DNA of 64,000 bases from an uncultured Ruficoccus sp. GTDB taxonomy: Bacteria; Verrucomicrobiota; Verrucomicrobiia; Opitutales; Cerasicoccaceae. The first letter of the stretch is position 1; the number at the start of each line of letters is the position of its first letter. Both the position numbers and the translations under genes were made by a program. The stretch spans positions 576,001-640,000 of the forward strand of contig OZ223481.1 in assembly GCA_965140785.1 (NCBI GenBank), written 5' to 3'. Below are positions 53,163 to 61,665 of the stretch, one piece after another. The notes beneath the pieces are model-generated. The model saw nothing but the letters and a program-made list of their open reading frames with translations, made no database searches and was not told the origin of the DNA.

Positions 53163-53442
53163 GTAAGCGTCACGTGTAGCACCATCGGATATGGCTTGTC
53201 TTGGCCCTTGTGGTCGTATGTGGGCGAGCTACGACGGTTATGACAGTTACGACTCAGGCTGCGTGCGGCGCTGTGAGCCGTTTGCTTTTGGCAATGGCGA
53301 CAGGAGTCATACTCGGGATGCGTCGAGTGGTGGCAGCCGGGAGGGTTTTGAGCAGGAAGAGGATGTAGGGGTCGAGGCCGTGTCGCTTGGCGGACTCGAT
53401 GAGGGTGGAGAGGATGGCGGAGGTTTCCGAGTCGATCATCAT
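53163..53442 (-). mobile_element. IS66-family right-end remnant
   Basis: GTAAGCGTC terminus; STLIESAKRHGLDPY TnpC C-terminal motif. Confidence 0.7.
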
Positions 53443-53446
53443 ATCC

Positions 53447-53555
53447 CAGCTAAAAGTAAAGTCCCCCCTCTTGCTGCCCCTGCATACGAGGCGAGTACGG
53501 AAGGGGAGCTTTTCTGGGAATGTAAACCATGGTTTACACTTTGGTGGTCGGCATG
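53447..53555. repeat. ~105-bp direct repeat, copy 1 (contains palindrome TGTAAACCATGGTTTACA)
   Basis: Near-identical to 54189-54293. Confidence 0.9.
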
Positions 53556-53630
53556 CTGACCCAAACGTAGAAGTGCAATTAACATTTAAATTATTGACAT
53601 GACCCCTTCCTCTCCTGCAATGACACTGTT

Positions 53631-54067
53631 ATGACTACCGATAGGTTTGAAAAAAAGCTCTTCGAGAAGTAAAAAAAGAACAACCGGATTTTCAAAAAGC
53701 AGTTCGGATTCTAGAAGAAGGCATAGCCTTGGGGTCGGGTGAGTGCTCTTACGCGCTGGGAACGTGGTACCTTCATGGCGAACATGTCAAAAAAAACATG
53801 AGACGTGCAATATCTCTGTTGAGAATAGGGGTAAAGTGTGGAATTGCAAATGCTTGCTACGATTTAGCAGTATGCTATGAAAATGGAGCCGGTGTAAGGA
53901 AAAATTTATCCAAAGCATTTGAGTTATATACATTGGCAATGTTAAATGGAGATAAGCAATCGATTATGGAAATTGGGAGGTGTTTCTATTATGGGATAGG
54001 AGTTGAGGTAAATAGGAAGGTCGCTAGAGTATGGCTTGATCACGCCAATGCGTTAGGTCTAAAATAG
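53631..54067 (+). CDS. SEL1/TPR-like repeat protein (AT-rich; 1-nt frameshift in an A-run near the start)
   Basis: YALGTWYLHG, YDLAVCYENGAGV, EIGRCFYYGIGV repeats. Confidence 0.8.
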
Positions 54068-54188
54068 AGGCTTACAAGCAGACAGCATTCTTGTGGTGCA
54101 GCCACAGTTTCAGCTTCTCTTGTGCATGTTGGCGGGTTGGATGAATCGCCAACAGCAGCAGCTGATCGAGTATTTTCAGGTGGTGCGT

Positions 54189-54293
54189 CAGCTAAAGAAA
54201 AGCCCCTCTTGCTGCCCCTGCATACGAGGCGAGTACGGAAGGGGATCTTTTCTGGGAATGTAAACCATGGTTTACACTGTGGTAGTCGGCATG
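54189..54293. repeat. ~105-bp direct repeat, copy 2
   Basis: Near-identical to 53447-53555; lies just downstream of the DUF932 gene. Confidence 0.9.
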
Positions 54294-54330
54294 TCTTGGC
54301 ACTCTTGAGGGCGCGGGTGTCCGCTTCTGC

Positions 54331-55101
54331 TCAGTTCAGCCCTAAGGTTTTGTCGAGGAGTTGGTGGAGGCGGTGGGTGCGTTCGGGGAGGAGGCCGATG
54401 CGGCCCTTGAAGACCTCGGTGAAGGCGTTCTGGAGGCTCCAGGCGGTGCGGGGCTTAAAAACCTCATGCCGGGGGTGGCGCCATTCGTGCAGGACTTTGG
54501 GGATGTACCCGTTGGCCATGACACCGGCATCCACAGCGCGGATGATGAGGTCGTGGGCGCAGCGGTCGTTGAGGCGGACGCGGCGGTAATAATCGACCCG
54601 CCGGTCGTGTCGGTCCCAGTAGCGTTTGAGGCCCGCGACAGCATCCATGGCCAGCGCGGGCAGGTCTTGAAGGATGCGCGGGGTGTGTTTGCGAGCGAGT
54701 TGTATCTCCCCGGAGAAAGAGAGATTGTCGCAGACGAGGACTTGGCTTCCGGCAACGACCCCGGCGGAGAAGCGTTGGTCATGGCTGTTGCGCACACCGA
54801 CGACGTAGTTGTATTCGAGTCCCGATACGTGGGCGTCGATTTCGAGCAGGCCAAAGTACCGGGCGCGGTCATGGGTGAGCCCGTGGGCCTGTCCGGCGAC
54901 GGTAAAACCCTGTTCGAGCAAGGCGATCTCGACGACCTGCAAGAGCTGGATGTGCGGAATGGGCCTCCACGTGCGGGTGGCACGGGGCGTTTCGGTCTGG
55001 GCAAGTTCGCTCAGGCTGATGGCATGGCTACCGTGGTGCAGGAGCAGGTTGCAGCGCTTGGGAGCGGCGGGTGAGACGGGTTCGAGGGTGTCTGTGATCA
55101 T
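54331..55101 (-). CDS. DUF932-like protein
   Basis: TRTWRPIPH, GVRNSHD, VLVCDNLSFSG, RKHT, TAWSLQNAFTE. Confidence 0.78.
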   Translation of the reverse strand: MITDTLEPVSPAAPKRCNLLLHHGSHAISLSELAQTETPRATRTWRPIPHIQLLQVVEIALLEQGFTVAGQAHGLTHDRARYFGLLEIDAHVSGLEYNYVVGVRNSHDQRFSAGVVAGSQVLVCDNLSFSGEIQLARKHTPRILQDLPALAMDAVAGLKRYWDRHDRRVDYYRRVRLNDRCAHDLIIRAVDAGVMANGYIPKVLHEWRHPRHEVFKPRTAWSLQNAFTEVFKGRIGLLPERTHRLHQLLDKTLGLN

Positions 55102-55130
55102 GGTTTTTGTGGGTTGGATTTGAGGGTTAA

Positions 55131-55240
55131 AAACTACGAAAAATGTTCGATTTTCGTAGTTATTGGAAAATGCTTACCAGCCTGCATGGTCGATGAATAA
55201 AGGCCCCGTTCGTCGCGGTGTCGTAACCGGGTATGGGTAT
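55131..55240. repeat. Bipartite cis-element, copy 2
   Basis: AACTACGAAAA/TTTTCGTAGTT stem at 55132-55161; identical 19-mer at 55222-55240. Confidence 0.8.
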
Positions 55241-55374
55241 CCCAGATGGCTTTTACGGCACCGGGCGGCATCGGTGAGGTGGGCAGGCTGATGGAGGGTG
55301 CGGGAAAAGACAAAAACCCCGCCCCGGTGGAAGGGCCGGAGCGGGGCTGTATTGACCTGTCATGACATGCAGGC

Positions 55375-55611
55375 TCAGCGGTAGCGTTCGCGCTCCCGTT
55401 CGTACTCGGGGTATTCCGGCATGAAGGGCGAACGCCTCACGGCCCCCACTGCGTAGCCGATGGCCCCGATGAGGACGGCCACGGAGATGACCAGGAACGG
55501 ACTGAGTGCTTCCTTGGCCTCGTTGACGGCTCCGATGGCTACGGGCCCCACAAGCGTCCCGACGCTGTAGGCCGTGAGCGCGACGAGTGCGAGCTTAAGG
55601 ACGGCATTCAT
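55375..55611 (-). CDS. Small membrane protein
   Basis: 78 aa, two hydrophobic segments, overlaps the upstream gene. Confidence 0.6.
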   Translation of the reverse strand: MNAVLKLALVALTAYSVGTLVGPVAIGAVNEAKEALSPFLVISVAVLIGAIGYAVGAVRRSPFMPEYPEYERERERYR

Positions 55612-55867
55612 GGTCGGGCGGGTTGCGGGGATTGTTCCTGGCCGGGAGGTACGGAGCCCGATGCTTATACCGGGCCGCCCGTACGAGGCTGCTTCCCCAG
55701 ATCAGTGAGCAGGCGACCGAACAGCCCCCGACCCAGTACAGGGCATGAACCAGGGGAAGGAGGGACGGCTGCTCGACGGGTGGAGGCGCGGGTGGCTCGT
55801 CGTGGTCGTTGAGCATGAAGAGGCCCGCCCCCAGGCTGAGCGCGGCGATTATGATGGTCTGGATCAT
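55595..55867 (-). CDS. Small membrane protein
   Basis: Start overlaps the nuclease stop (ATGA); two hydrophobic segments. Confidence 0.6.
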   Translation of the reverse strand: MIQTIIIAALSLGAGLFMLNDHDEPPAPPPVEQPSLLPLVHALYWVGGCSVACSLIWGSSLVRAARYKHRAPYLPARNNPRNPPDHECRP

Positions 55868-56685
55868 CGCTCGCCTCCCGTCCATTTCGCGCACCGGGAA
55901 CGGAAGCTGCACCAGGCGCAGTGCATCCCCGGCTGCGGGTGGAAACGCTCGTGGTAGATGCCGTCCACCGCCGCGCAGGCGATGTCGAGCACGCGTTGCT
56001 TTTCCTTATCGGTGGCCGCAGGGAGTCGGTGGACGATAACCTTTGGTTTCTTGGTTTTCACGAGGAAGACCAGTTCGCGTCCCTCGACGTGTTCGTCGGT
56101 GGCCGATTCGATCAGCAGTTGGTAGAGCGTGAGCTGGACCTCGTGCTGGAAGGCTTCGAGCTGGACATCCGGTGTGCTCGCACAGGTCTTGTAATCGACC
56201 GGCACGTTGCCCGGACGCACGAGGTCAATGTAGCCGAGTACCGGGCTGGGAATCGCCGGCAGGTCCTCCTCCAACTGGACCTCGACGCCCAGCGGAAGCT
56301 CCTCCATCCGTCCATGGTCGGAGTCCAGGTAAGCTTCGACGATGGCAACGCCTTTGTCGTGGTTGGTCTGACGTGTATTCGTATTTGGATACGAGGCGGC
56401 CTCTGCCGGCGCATTAAACGCCGCCGTGAAGGCCTTGAGCACCGTCTCCTTGTCATGGCACTCGCCGCGCCAGCGAGCGCGGTGGAAGTGCTGGAGGGCG
56501 GCATGGACAGCCTTGCCCAGGTGCAGGCTGGGTGAGATCGGTTCGGGCAGCTTGAGGACTTTTTTGTACCAGAACTTCAACGGGCAGGTCAGGTAGAGCT
56601 TGATCGAGCTCGCGGAGATGTGGGCGAGCAGGCCGTCGGTCGATGGCTGCTGGCCGTTGCGGTTGTGTTCGAGCGGCTGGATCAT
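55864..56685 (-). CDS. PD-(D/E)XK nuclease (RecB/Cas4-like, probable Fe-S cluster)
   Basis: ISASSIKLYLTCP, GKAVH, GYIDLV..VDYKT, QLTLY, HCAWCSFRSRC. Confidence 0.88.
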   Translation of the reverse strand: MIQPLEHNRNGQQPSTDGLLAHISASSIKLYLTCPLKFWYKKVLKLPEPISPSLHLGKAVHAALQHFHRARWRGECHDKETVLKAFTAAFNAPAEAASYPNTNTRQTNHDKGVAIVEAYLDSDHGRMEELPLGVEVQLEEDLPAIPSPVLGYIDLVRPGNVPVDYKTCASTPDVQLEAFQHEVQLTLYQLLIESATDEHVEGRELVFLVKTKKPKVIVHRLPAATDKEKQRVLDIACAAVDGIYHERFHPQPGMHCAWCSFRSRCAKWTGGER

Positions 56686-57155
56686 GAGCGTGCCCTTCCT
56701 TTGGTCGGGCCGTAGGTGCCGATCAATTCGTCGATCAGCCCCGAGGCCTGCATCTTGTTCAGGTGCGCGAGCGGGGCGCGGAAGCGGCTTTGGGCCAGCT
56801 CCTCCAGTGCGTCGCGGGTGATGCCGTGGTCTTTCATCAGCCGTTCGATCAGGCCCTTTTGTTTGAGGGAGCAGGCCCATTCTCCCGGCTGACGGTTGAC
56901 GTTTACCCGGCCCGGCGGGACTCCCATGGAGATCGCCGGTGACGGGGCTCCAGTTCGGGGCGGGGAGGGGAGGAATCCGGTTTGCTGGATGTCCCGGTCC
57001 ACCGCGTCCTGGAGTTGCCGATACAGGTGCGTGCTGGCTTCGTGGATGTGCGCGAGGTCGTTGACCTCCGTGCGCACGGTGATCGAGTATTGATGAGATG
57101 AATACGCGGGCAGCCCCAGTTTTTTCGAGTAGTTGGCTTCGAGCGTGATCGCCAT
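56682..57155 (-). CDS. Hypothetical backbone protein (YSKKLGLP motif)
   Basis: Good RBS (AAGGAA); ATGA-coupled to the nuclease. Confidence 0.7.
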   Translation of the reverse strand: MAITLEANYSKKLGLPAYSSHQYSITVRTEVNDLAHIHEASTHLYRQLQDAVDRDIQQTGFLPSPPRTGAPSPAISMGVPPGRVNVNRQPGEWACSLKQKGLIERLMKDHGITRDALEELAQSRFRAPLAHLNKMQASGLIDELIGTYGPTKGRARS

Positions 57156-57186
57156 AATGGTTCCTTTGCTTGCGACCGTGCAGGTA

Positions 57187-57222
57187 CAAAAAAGCCCGGC
57201 GAGGGGTCGGCTCGCCGGGCTT
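57187..57222 (-). terminator. Terminator-like hairpin upstream of the backbone operon
   Basis: AAGCCCGGCGAG/CTCGCCGGGCTT stem with a minus-strand T-run. Confidence 0.55.
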
Positions 57223-57613
57223 CTGATAGCGGGTCAGTCCGCCATCATGGATATATAGCGCACTTGCGGGTTTTATTGCAGGACGAGGGCAGTTCGATTG
57301 GGCCTGTTTGGTTGAGGTGTCAAAAACCGCAGTATCCGATGGTTAATCGCCTGTGGGCCAGCTCAGGATTTTTTCGTTAAAAACAAATGGTTAACTTTAT
57401 CTTGTTTTTGGAAATGCCTGTCGCGTCGGAAGGGGGGTGTGTTGCGCCTCATTTGTCATTTTTTTTGGCCCACTTTCACGGGGAAAAAGGGCCTTGCTCG
57501 CGAAATTGGACCCTTGTTCGGGATCGATTCGACCTTGCTCAGGTTTTCCAATGGCCGGTTTTCGGGAGCGTTGTGGAATTGCATTTACGGGCGGCAGGCG
57601 TCAAAACTTCTGG

Positions 57614-58033
57614 ATGGCTCCTGATGAGTTGACGCCGCCCTATCCCTTTTCCCACAGAACAAGTCCCGAAGATCTGCGGGCCTATCATGAGGCAATGGAA
57701 CGGGATGCAGTCACCTCGCTTTTTCGGAGATGGGCTCAAGAAGAGGAGGCCCGGGATGCCGAGCTTGAGCGCAAGGAGCAGGAGCAACTCGTGAAGCGCG
57801 AACTGCAAGACACGCTGCGTAAGCTGGCAGATAATAGCGACGCGATGAAGACCGCCTCCGCGTTGAATCATAAAATCTGGATGGGACGGCAGGAGGCTGC
57901 GGACTATCTGGGGATTTCAACACGGACGCTCGACCGAAAGCGGGAAACGGGGACGCTACGTGGCTATCTCGTGGAGGGGACGAAAGCTTATCGTTTTAAG
58001 CGTTCAGATTTAGACGCATTGATGGAGGGCTGA
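57614..58033 (+). CDS. Excisionase-like HTH protein
   Basis: WMGRQEAADYLGISTRTLDR..YRFKRSDLDALM; convergent with the integrase. Confidence 0.82.
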   Translation: MAPDELTPPYPFSHRTSPEDLRAYHEAMERDAVTSLFRRWAQEEEARDAELERKEQEQLVKRELQDTLRKLADNSDAMKTASALNHKIWMGRQEAADYLGISTRTLDRKRETGTLRGYLVEGTKAYRFKRSDLDALMEG

Positions 58034-58058
58034 AGGGACTGACGCTTCGGCTTGTGTA

Positions 58059-59432
58059 TCAAGTAGGCGTAGGTTCCTTTCGGCTCCAGTGTCCGCGTGG
58101 CGTGGATTTGAGGCCGAGTTTTTTGAGGTGTTTCCTGACCGCTTGATCGGAAACGCCCAAGGCGCAGGCGATATGGGTGACGGGTTGCTGCTTGACCAGC
58201 ACTTTCAGATCTTCACGCGACGGCCAGTCGGCCTTGTGTGCATGGGGATCGACTTTGCGTTGTAGCGTGTAGGTAGTCTGGGAGGGAGTGATAGCGAAAA
58301 AGGCTTTTCCCGCGGCATTCGGGGCCATGCCCTTGTAAAACTCCTCCAGCGTCTGTTGGCTGCGGTGGCCAGTCCATCCGCAGACTTTTCCGGGGTTGGA
58401 GGTGAAGGCGACCCCATAAGTGGCAAAACTGTGACGGGCGGCATTGTGGGGATACTGGATACCGGCGCTTACGCAAAGCCGATGACGGCGTCGATCGAGG
58501 TTCTGCTTGTCCAGCATGACATGGCTGTTGTCGTCCAGGAAGGGCTTTAGCCAAGACCAGAGCGTACCGGGCAGCTTCTCAATGTAGCGAGGGAGCGGGC
58601 GTCCCTTGCGCTTTCTCTTGGCTACCTCGGGGCGTATGTTAATCGCCTTGTCCTCAACATGAATGTCCTCGGGGGAGAGGCGTTTGATTTCCTCGGTCCT
58701 GATTCCGGCGAAGAAGGCCAGAGCCAGGCAGGGGAGAAGACCAGGGTCTTTCTTTTCGGCCTCGCGGAAGAGCTTTTCGACATCGTCAACACGGAGGAAC
58801 TCCTTGGCCGGCGCATCTTCGCGTTTGTATTCGAGGGCTTCCGCAGGCGAGTTGGAGATGAAGCGGAACTGCCGCTTGGTACACCATTTGAAAAACGTCT
58901 TATAGGCGCGAAGGTAGTTGTTGTAGGTTGTGTCGGAGAAGGGGAGGTCGTCCAGGAGCTCTTCGAGCATTTCGGGTGTAATATCCCGGATGGGTAATGT
59001 GCCGAGCGATTCACTGAGAAGGTTGAAGGTGGATTTCATCCCGGCGACCGTCGTATCCCGAAAATCCGGATAGGCCTTGTCTTCGTACTGCTTGAGCGCG
59101 TCGGTGAGGGTGATCCCTTCGTCCTGGGGATGCCTTTCAATCCAGAACTTAGCGGCGTCTCGCAGGTCAATATCCTTCAAGATGGCTTTTGCCTCCCGGT
59201 ATTCTGCCAGTTCCGCCTGGGTCAGGTTTCCGCTGATTCCCAGCTCCTGATGGGTCTGTCTTTGTTGCCGGAGCCAGGCCTCCGCCGCCCCTTTGGTGGC
59301 AACGGTTTTCTCCTTTTGGGCATAGATGCGTTTGCCCGTTGGGGAAAGGCGCGTCGTAGGGATTTGCGCCCGGGCTTTCCACTTACCATTCGGCAGTTGG
59401 CAGGGGTTGGGCCGGGTAGGAGAGGCGGTCAC
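58059..59432 (-). CDS. Tyrosine integrase of the tRNA-Gly element
   Basis: FAGIRTEE, HNAARHSFATY, GH......FY; lies next to the tRNA. Confidence 0.92.
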   Translation of the reverse strand: MTASPTRPNPCQLPNGKWKARAQIPTTRLSPTGKRIYAQKEKTVATKGAAEAWLRQQRQTHQELGISGNLTQAELAEYREAKAILKDIDLRDAAKFWIERHPQDEGITLTDALKQYEDKAYPDFRDTTVAGMKSTFNLLSESLGTLPIRDITPEMLEELLDDLPFSDTTYNNYLRAYKTFFKWCTKRQFRFISNSPAEALEYKREDAPAKEFLRVDDVEKLFREAEKKDPGLLPCLALAFFAGIRTEEIKRLSPEDIHVEDKAINIRPEVAKRKRKGRPLPRYIEKLPGTLWSWLKPFLDDNSHVMLDKQNLDRRRHRLCVSAGIQYPHNAARHSFATYGVAFTSNPGKVCGWTGHRSQQTLEEFYKGMAPNAAGKAFFAITPSQTTYTLQRKVDPHAHKADWPSREDLKVLVKQQPVTHIACALGVSDQAVRKHLKKLGLKSTPRGHWSRKEPTPT

Positions 59433-59608
59433 ATACCTAGTGAATCGAACCCGCCTCGATTTTTCAAGTCACTAGACCTAAAAAGTCACTAGAAGTCACT
59501 AGGATTTTTGTCCAGTTGAGGCTATTTGGGGCAAATTCAGGGAATGCTTAAAAATCGAAAAATATCGATTAAATGCCCGATATGCAGCGACTTACGCCTA
59601 AAATAGCA

Positions 59609-59683
59609 TGGTGCGAGCGGAGGGAATCGAACCCTCATCTCAGGCTTGGGAAGCCCACATAATAGCCGTTATACGACGCTCGC
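59609..59683 (-). tRNA. tRNA-Gly (CCC)
   Basis: GCGAGCG acceptor stem, TTCCCAA anticodon loop, GGTTCGATTCC T-arm, encoded CCA. Confidence 0.93.
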
Positions 59684-59940
59684 ACGTAAGCCCATCACGA
59701 TAGTGTTCGCGGTGACGCTGTAAAGGGTGATTCCGTAGGGGAGTGAAGAAATGCGAGTGAGAGAGCAAGGAATAACGAAGGAGTGGGAACTTCCGGCAGA
59801 CGCGGTGTAATGTAAAATATATGCTAAAGCCGTGCATTAAAAACCCTTGCCTGCGATGGCTTTAGACTGGCCAAGGTGTCTGGGCAGGAGGTAGCTTGGG
59901 TGCCTGCTCTATCTCCTGTTGAACGTCATTTTGAAGCCAC

Positions 59941-60927
59941 ATGAAGGTCATTTTTTGGGGCACCCAAGGGTCATTACCGGCAAGCGTGAACGAGAAAACC
60001 GTTCGCGAGAAGATTTTCATGGCCTTGCAGGCGGCCCAAGGGTACGAGCTGGGGTCGGCAGAGGCGATCAACCAGTTTATCGACAGTGAATTGCCCTTCG
60101 CCGTGCGCGGGACCTACGGGACGAATACCGCCTGCGTGCAACTGGATAACCCGGGGGGCGACTTTATCATCCTTGACGCGGGCTCCGGCCTGCGCGAGCT
60201 GGGGCTCTCGCTGGTGCGCGACGGGCGGGCCAAGGAGCCCTCGACCTACCACTTTGTGATGAGCCACCTGCACTGGGATCACCTCCAGGGCTTCCCGTTC
60301 TTCGTCCCGGCCTTCATTCCCGGCAACAAGATCGTCATCCACGCCTACCATCCGGAGACGGAGGCGTGTTTCCGCGAGCAGATGTCCGGACAGTTTTTTC
60401 CGATCCATTTTGACCAGTTAGCAGCGGACATCAGCTTTGAGATTCGGGAGCCGGACACACCTTTCGAGCTGGCAGGCTTCCAGGTCAGCAGCCGGGCCCA
60501 GAACCACCCCGGCATCTCCTACGGGTACCGGTTCGAGAAGGAGGGTAAATGCGTGGTGTACTCGACCGACTCCGAGCATAAACACGACGCCTACGAAAAG
60601 AATTACCCCTTCGTGGACTTTTTCCGAGGGGCGGATCTGCTGATTTTCGACGCCCAGTATACGATGGCCGACGCGACCTTTACCAAGGCCAACTGGGGGC
60701 ACTCGAGCAATGTCATGGGGGTGGAGTTGGCCGCCCGCTCAGGCGTGCGCAACCTGGTTATTTTCCACCATGAGCCGACCAGCAGCGACGCGGCACTGGA
60801 AGAATTTCTTTTCAACACCCGTATGTACTGCAATATATACCATCAGGAAACGGGCAGCAAACTCGGACACGAGCGTTACCCGGAACAAATTTTGCTCGCA
60901 TATGACGGGTTGGAGATGGAGATATAG
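59941..60927 (+). CDS. MBL-fold metallo-hydrolase
   Basis: DAGSG, SHLHWDHLQG, WGHS, FHHEP. Confidence 0.9.
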   Translation: MKVIFWGTQGSLPASVNEKTVREKIFMALQAAQGYELGSAEAINQFIDSELPFAVRGTYGTNTACVQLDNPGGDFIILDAGSGLRELGLSLVRDGRAKEPSTYHFVMSHLHWDHLQGFPFFVPAFIPGNKIVIHAYHPETEACFREQMSGQFFPIHFDQLAADISFEIREPDTPFELAGFQVSSRAQNHPGISYGYRFEKEGKCVVYSTDSEHKHDAYEKNYPFVDFFRGADLLIFDAQYTMADATFTKANWGHSSNVMGVELAARSGVRNLVIFHHEPTSSDAALEEFLFNTRMYCNIYHQETGSKLGHERYPEQILLAYDGLEMEI

Positions 60928-61617
60928 ATGGCAGGAAAGACTTTAGCAAATTTGGAACAAGAGACTGAAATTGAGGCGCTGCCGTACGCCACGAGCATTA
61001 CCAAAGCCGAAATCAACGACCTTCCACTCTTCCGCTATGAGGGGACAATCCACCTCATCGACAATGCTGAAGAGGCGCGCAAGGCTGTCAAAATCCTGAA
61101 GAACGAGCCGGTGCTGGGCTTCGACACCGAGTCGCGCCCGTCCTTCCGCAAGGGGGACCACTTCCTGCCGTCGCTGGTGCAGTTTGCCACCGTCGAGGAG
61201 GTTTACCTGTTCCAGATCGGGCAGTTTGACGGGATCGAGGTGCTCAAGCCCGTTCTCAGCAGCAAGTCCGTGGCCAAGGTCGGTGTCGCCCTGCACGACG
61301 ATGTGCGCCGCTTGCAGGAAATCGCCCCCTACAAGGACCGGGGCTTTGTGGAAATCGCCACCATGACCAAGCAGTTGGGCATCAAGAATACCGGTCTGCG
61401 TTCCCTGGCCGGTATTTTGCTGGACTTCCGCATCTCCAAAGGGGCCCAAGTCTCGAACTGGGCACGGACGAAGCTGACCCGTAGCCAGCTCACCTACGCG
61501 GCGACAGATGCCTGGGTCAGCCGGATGCTCTATGAGGCAGCCAGCGAGCTGGTCGAAACCTACGGTCAAGCGGTGAAACCGGCCTCGAAGGACAAAAAAG
61601 CCCGCCGGAAGGGTTGA
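60928..61617 (+). CDS. 3'-5' exonuclease (DEDDy, RNase D/WRN-like)
   Basis: GFDTE, SNW, YAATDAW. Confidence 0.9.
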   Translation: MAGKTLANLEQETEIEALPYATSITKAEINDLPLFRYEGTIHLIDNAEEARKAVKILKNEPVLGFDTESRPSFRKGDHFLPSLVQFATVEEVYLFQIGQFDGIEVLKPVLSSKSVAKVGVALHDDVRRLQEIAPYKDRGFVEIATMTKQLGIKNTGLRSLAGILLDFRISKGAQVSNWARTKLTRSQLTYAATDAWVSRMLYEAASELVETYGQAVKPASKDKKARRKG

Positions 61618-61665
61618 TTTTCAGCCCGGCGGATACACGCCGATTTCATTATTTGCCAACCCTGC

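Larger units (their letters stand above)
32401..59654. mobile_element. Pipolin-like integrative element (~27.3 kb) in tRNA-Gly(CCC)
   Basis: Terminal 46-bp direct repeats, integrase and excisionase next to the tRNA, piPolB-like polymerase. Confidence 0.85.

Noticed and set aside
53645..53660. SEL1 gene inactivation
   Set aside because: One base missing from an A-run; probably the same artefact
54068..54160. Classical integron attC after the SEL1 gene
   Set aside because: Only loose RYYYAAC/GTTRRRY-like words, no convincing paired arms and no IntI-type integrase
55864..56685. Cas4 / CRISPR-Cas or casposon
   Set aside because: No repeat-spacer array, cas1 or terminal inverted repeats seen; the element uses a tyrosine integrase at a tRNA
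55864..57189. 441-aa ORF as a single protein
   Set aside because: Its N-terminal part is an off-frame overlap of the 56682-57155 gene; the real start at 56685 is ATGA-coupled
32401..59654. Prophage or conjugative ICE
   Set aside because: No virion, terminase, T4SS or relaxase genes recognised inside the att sites
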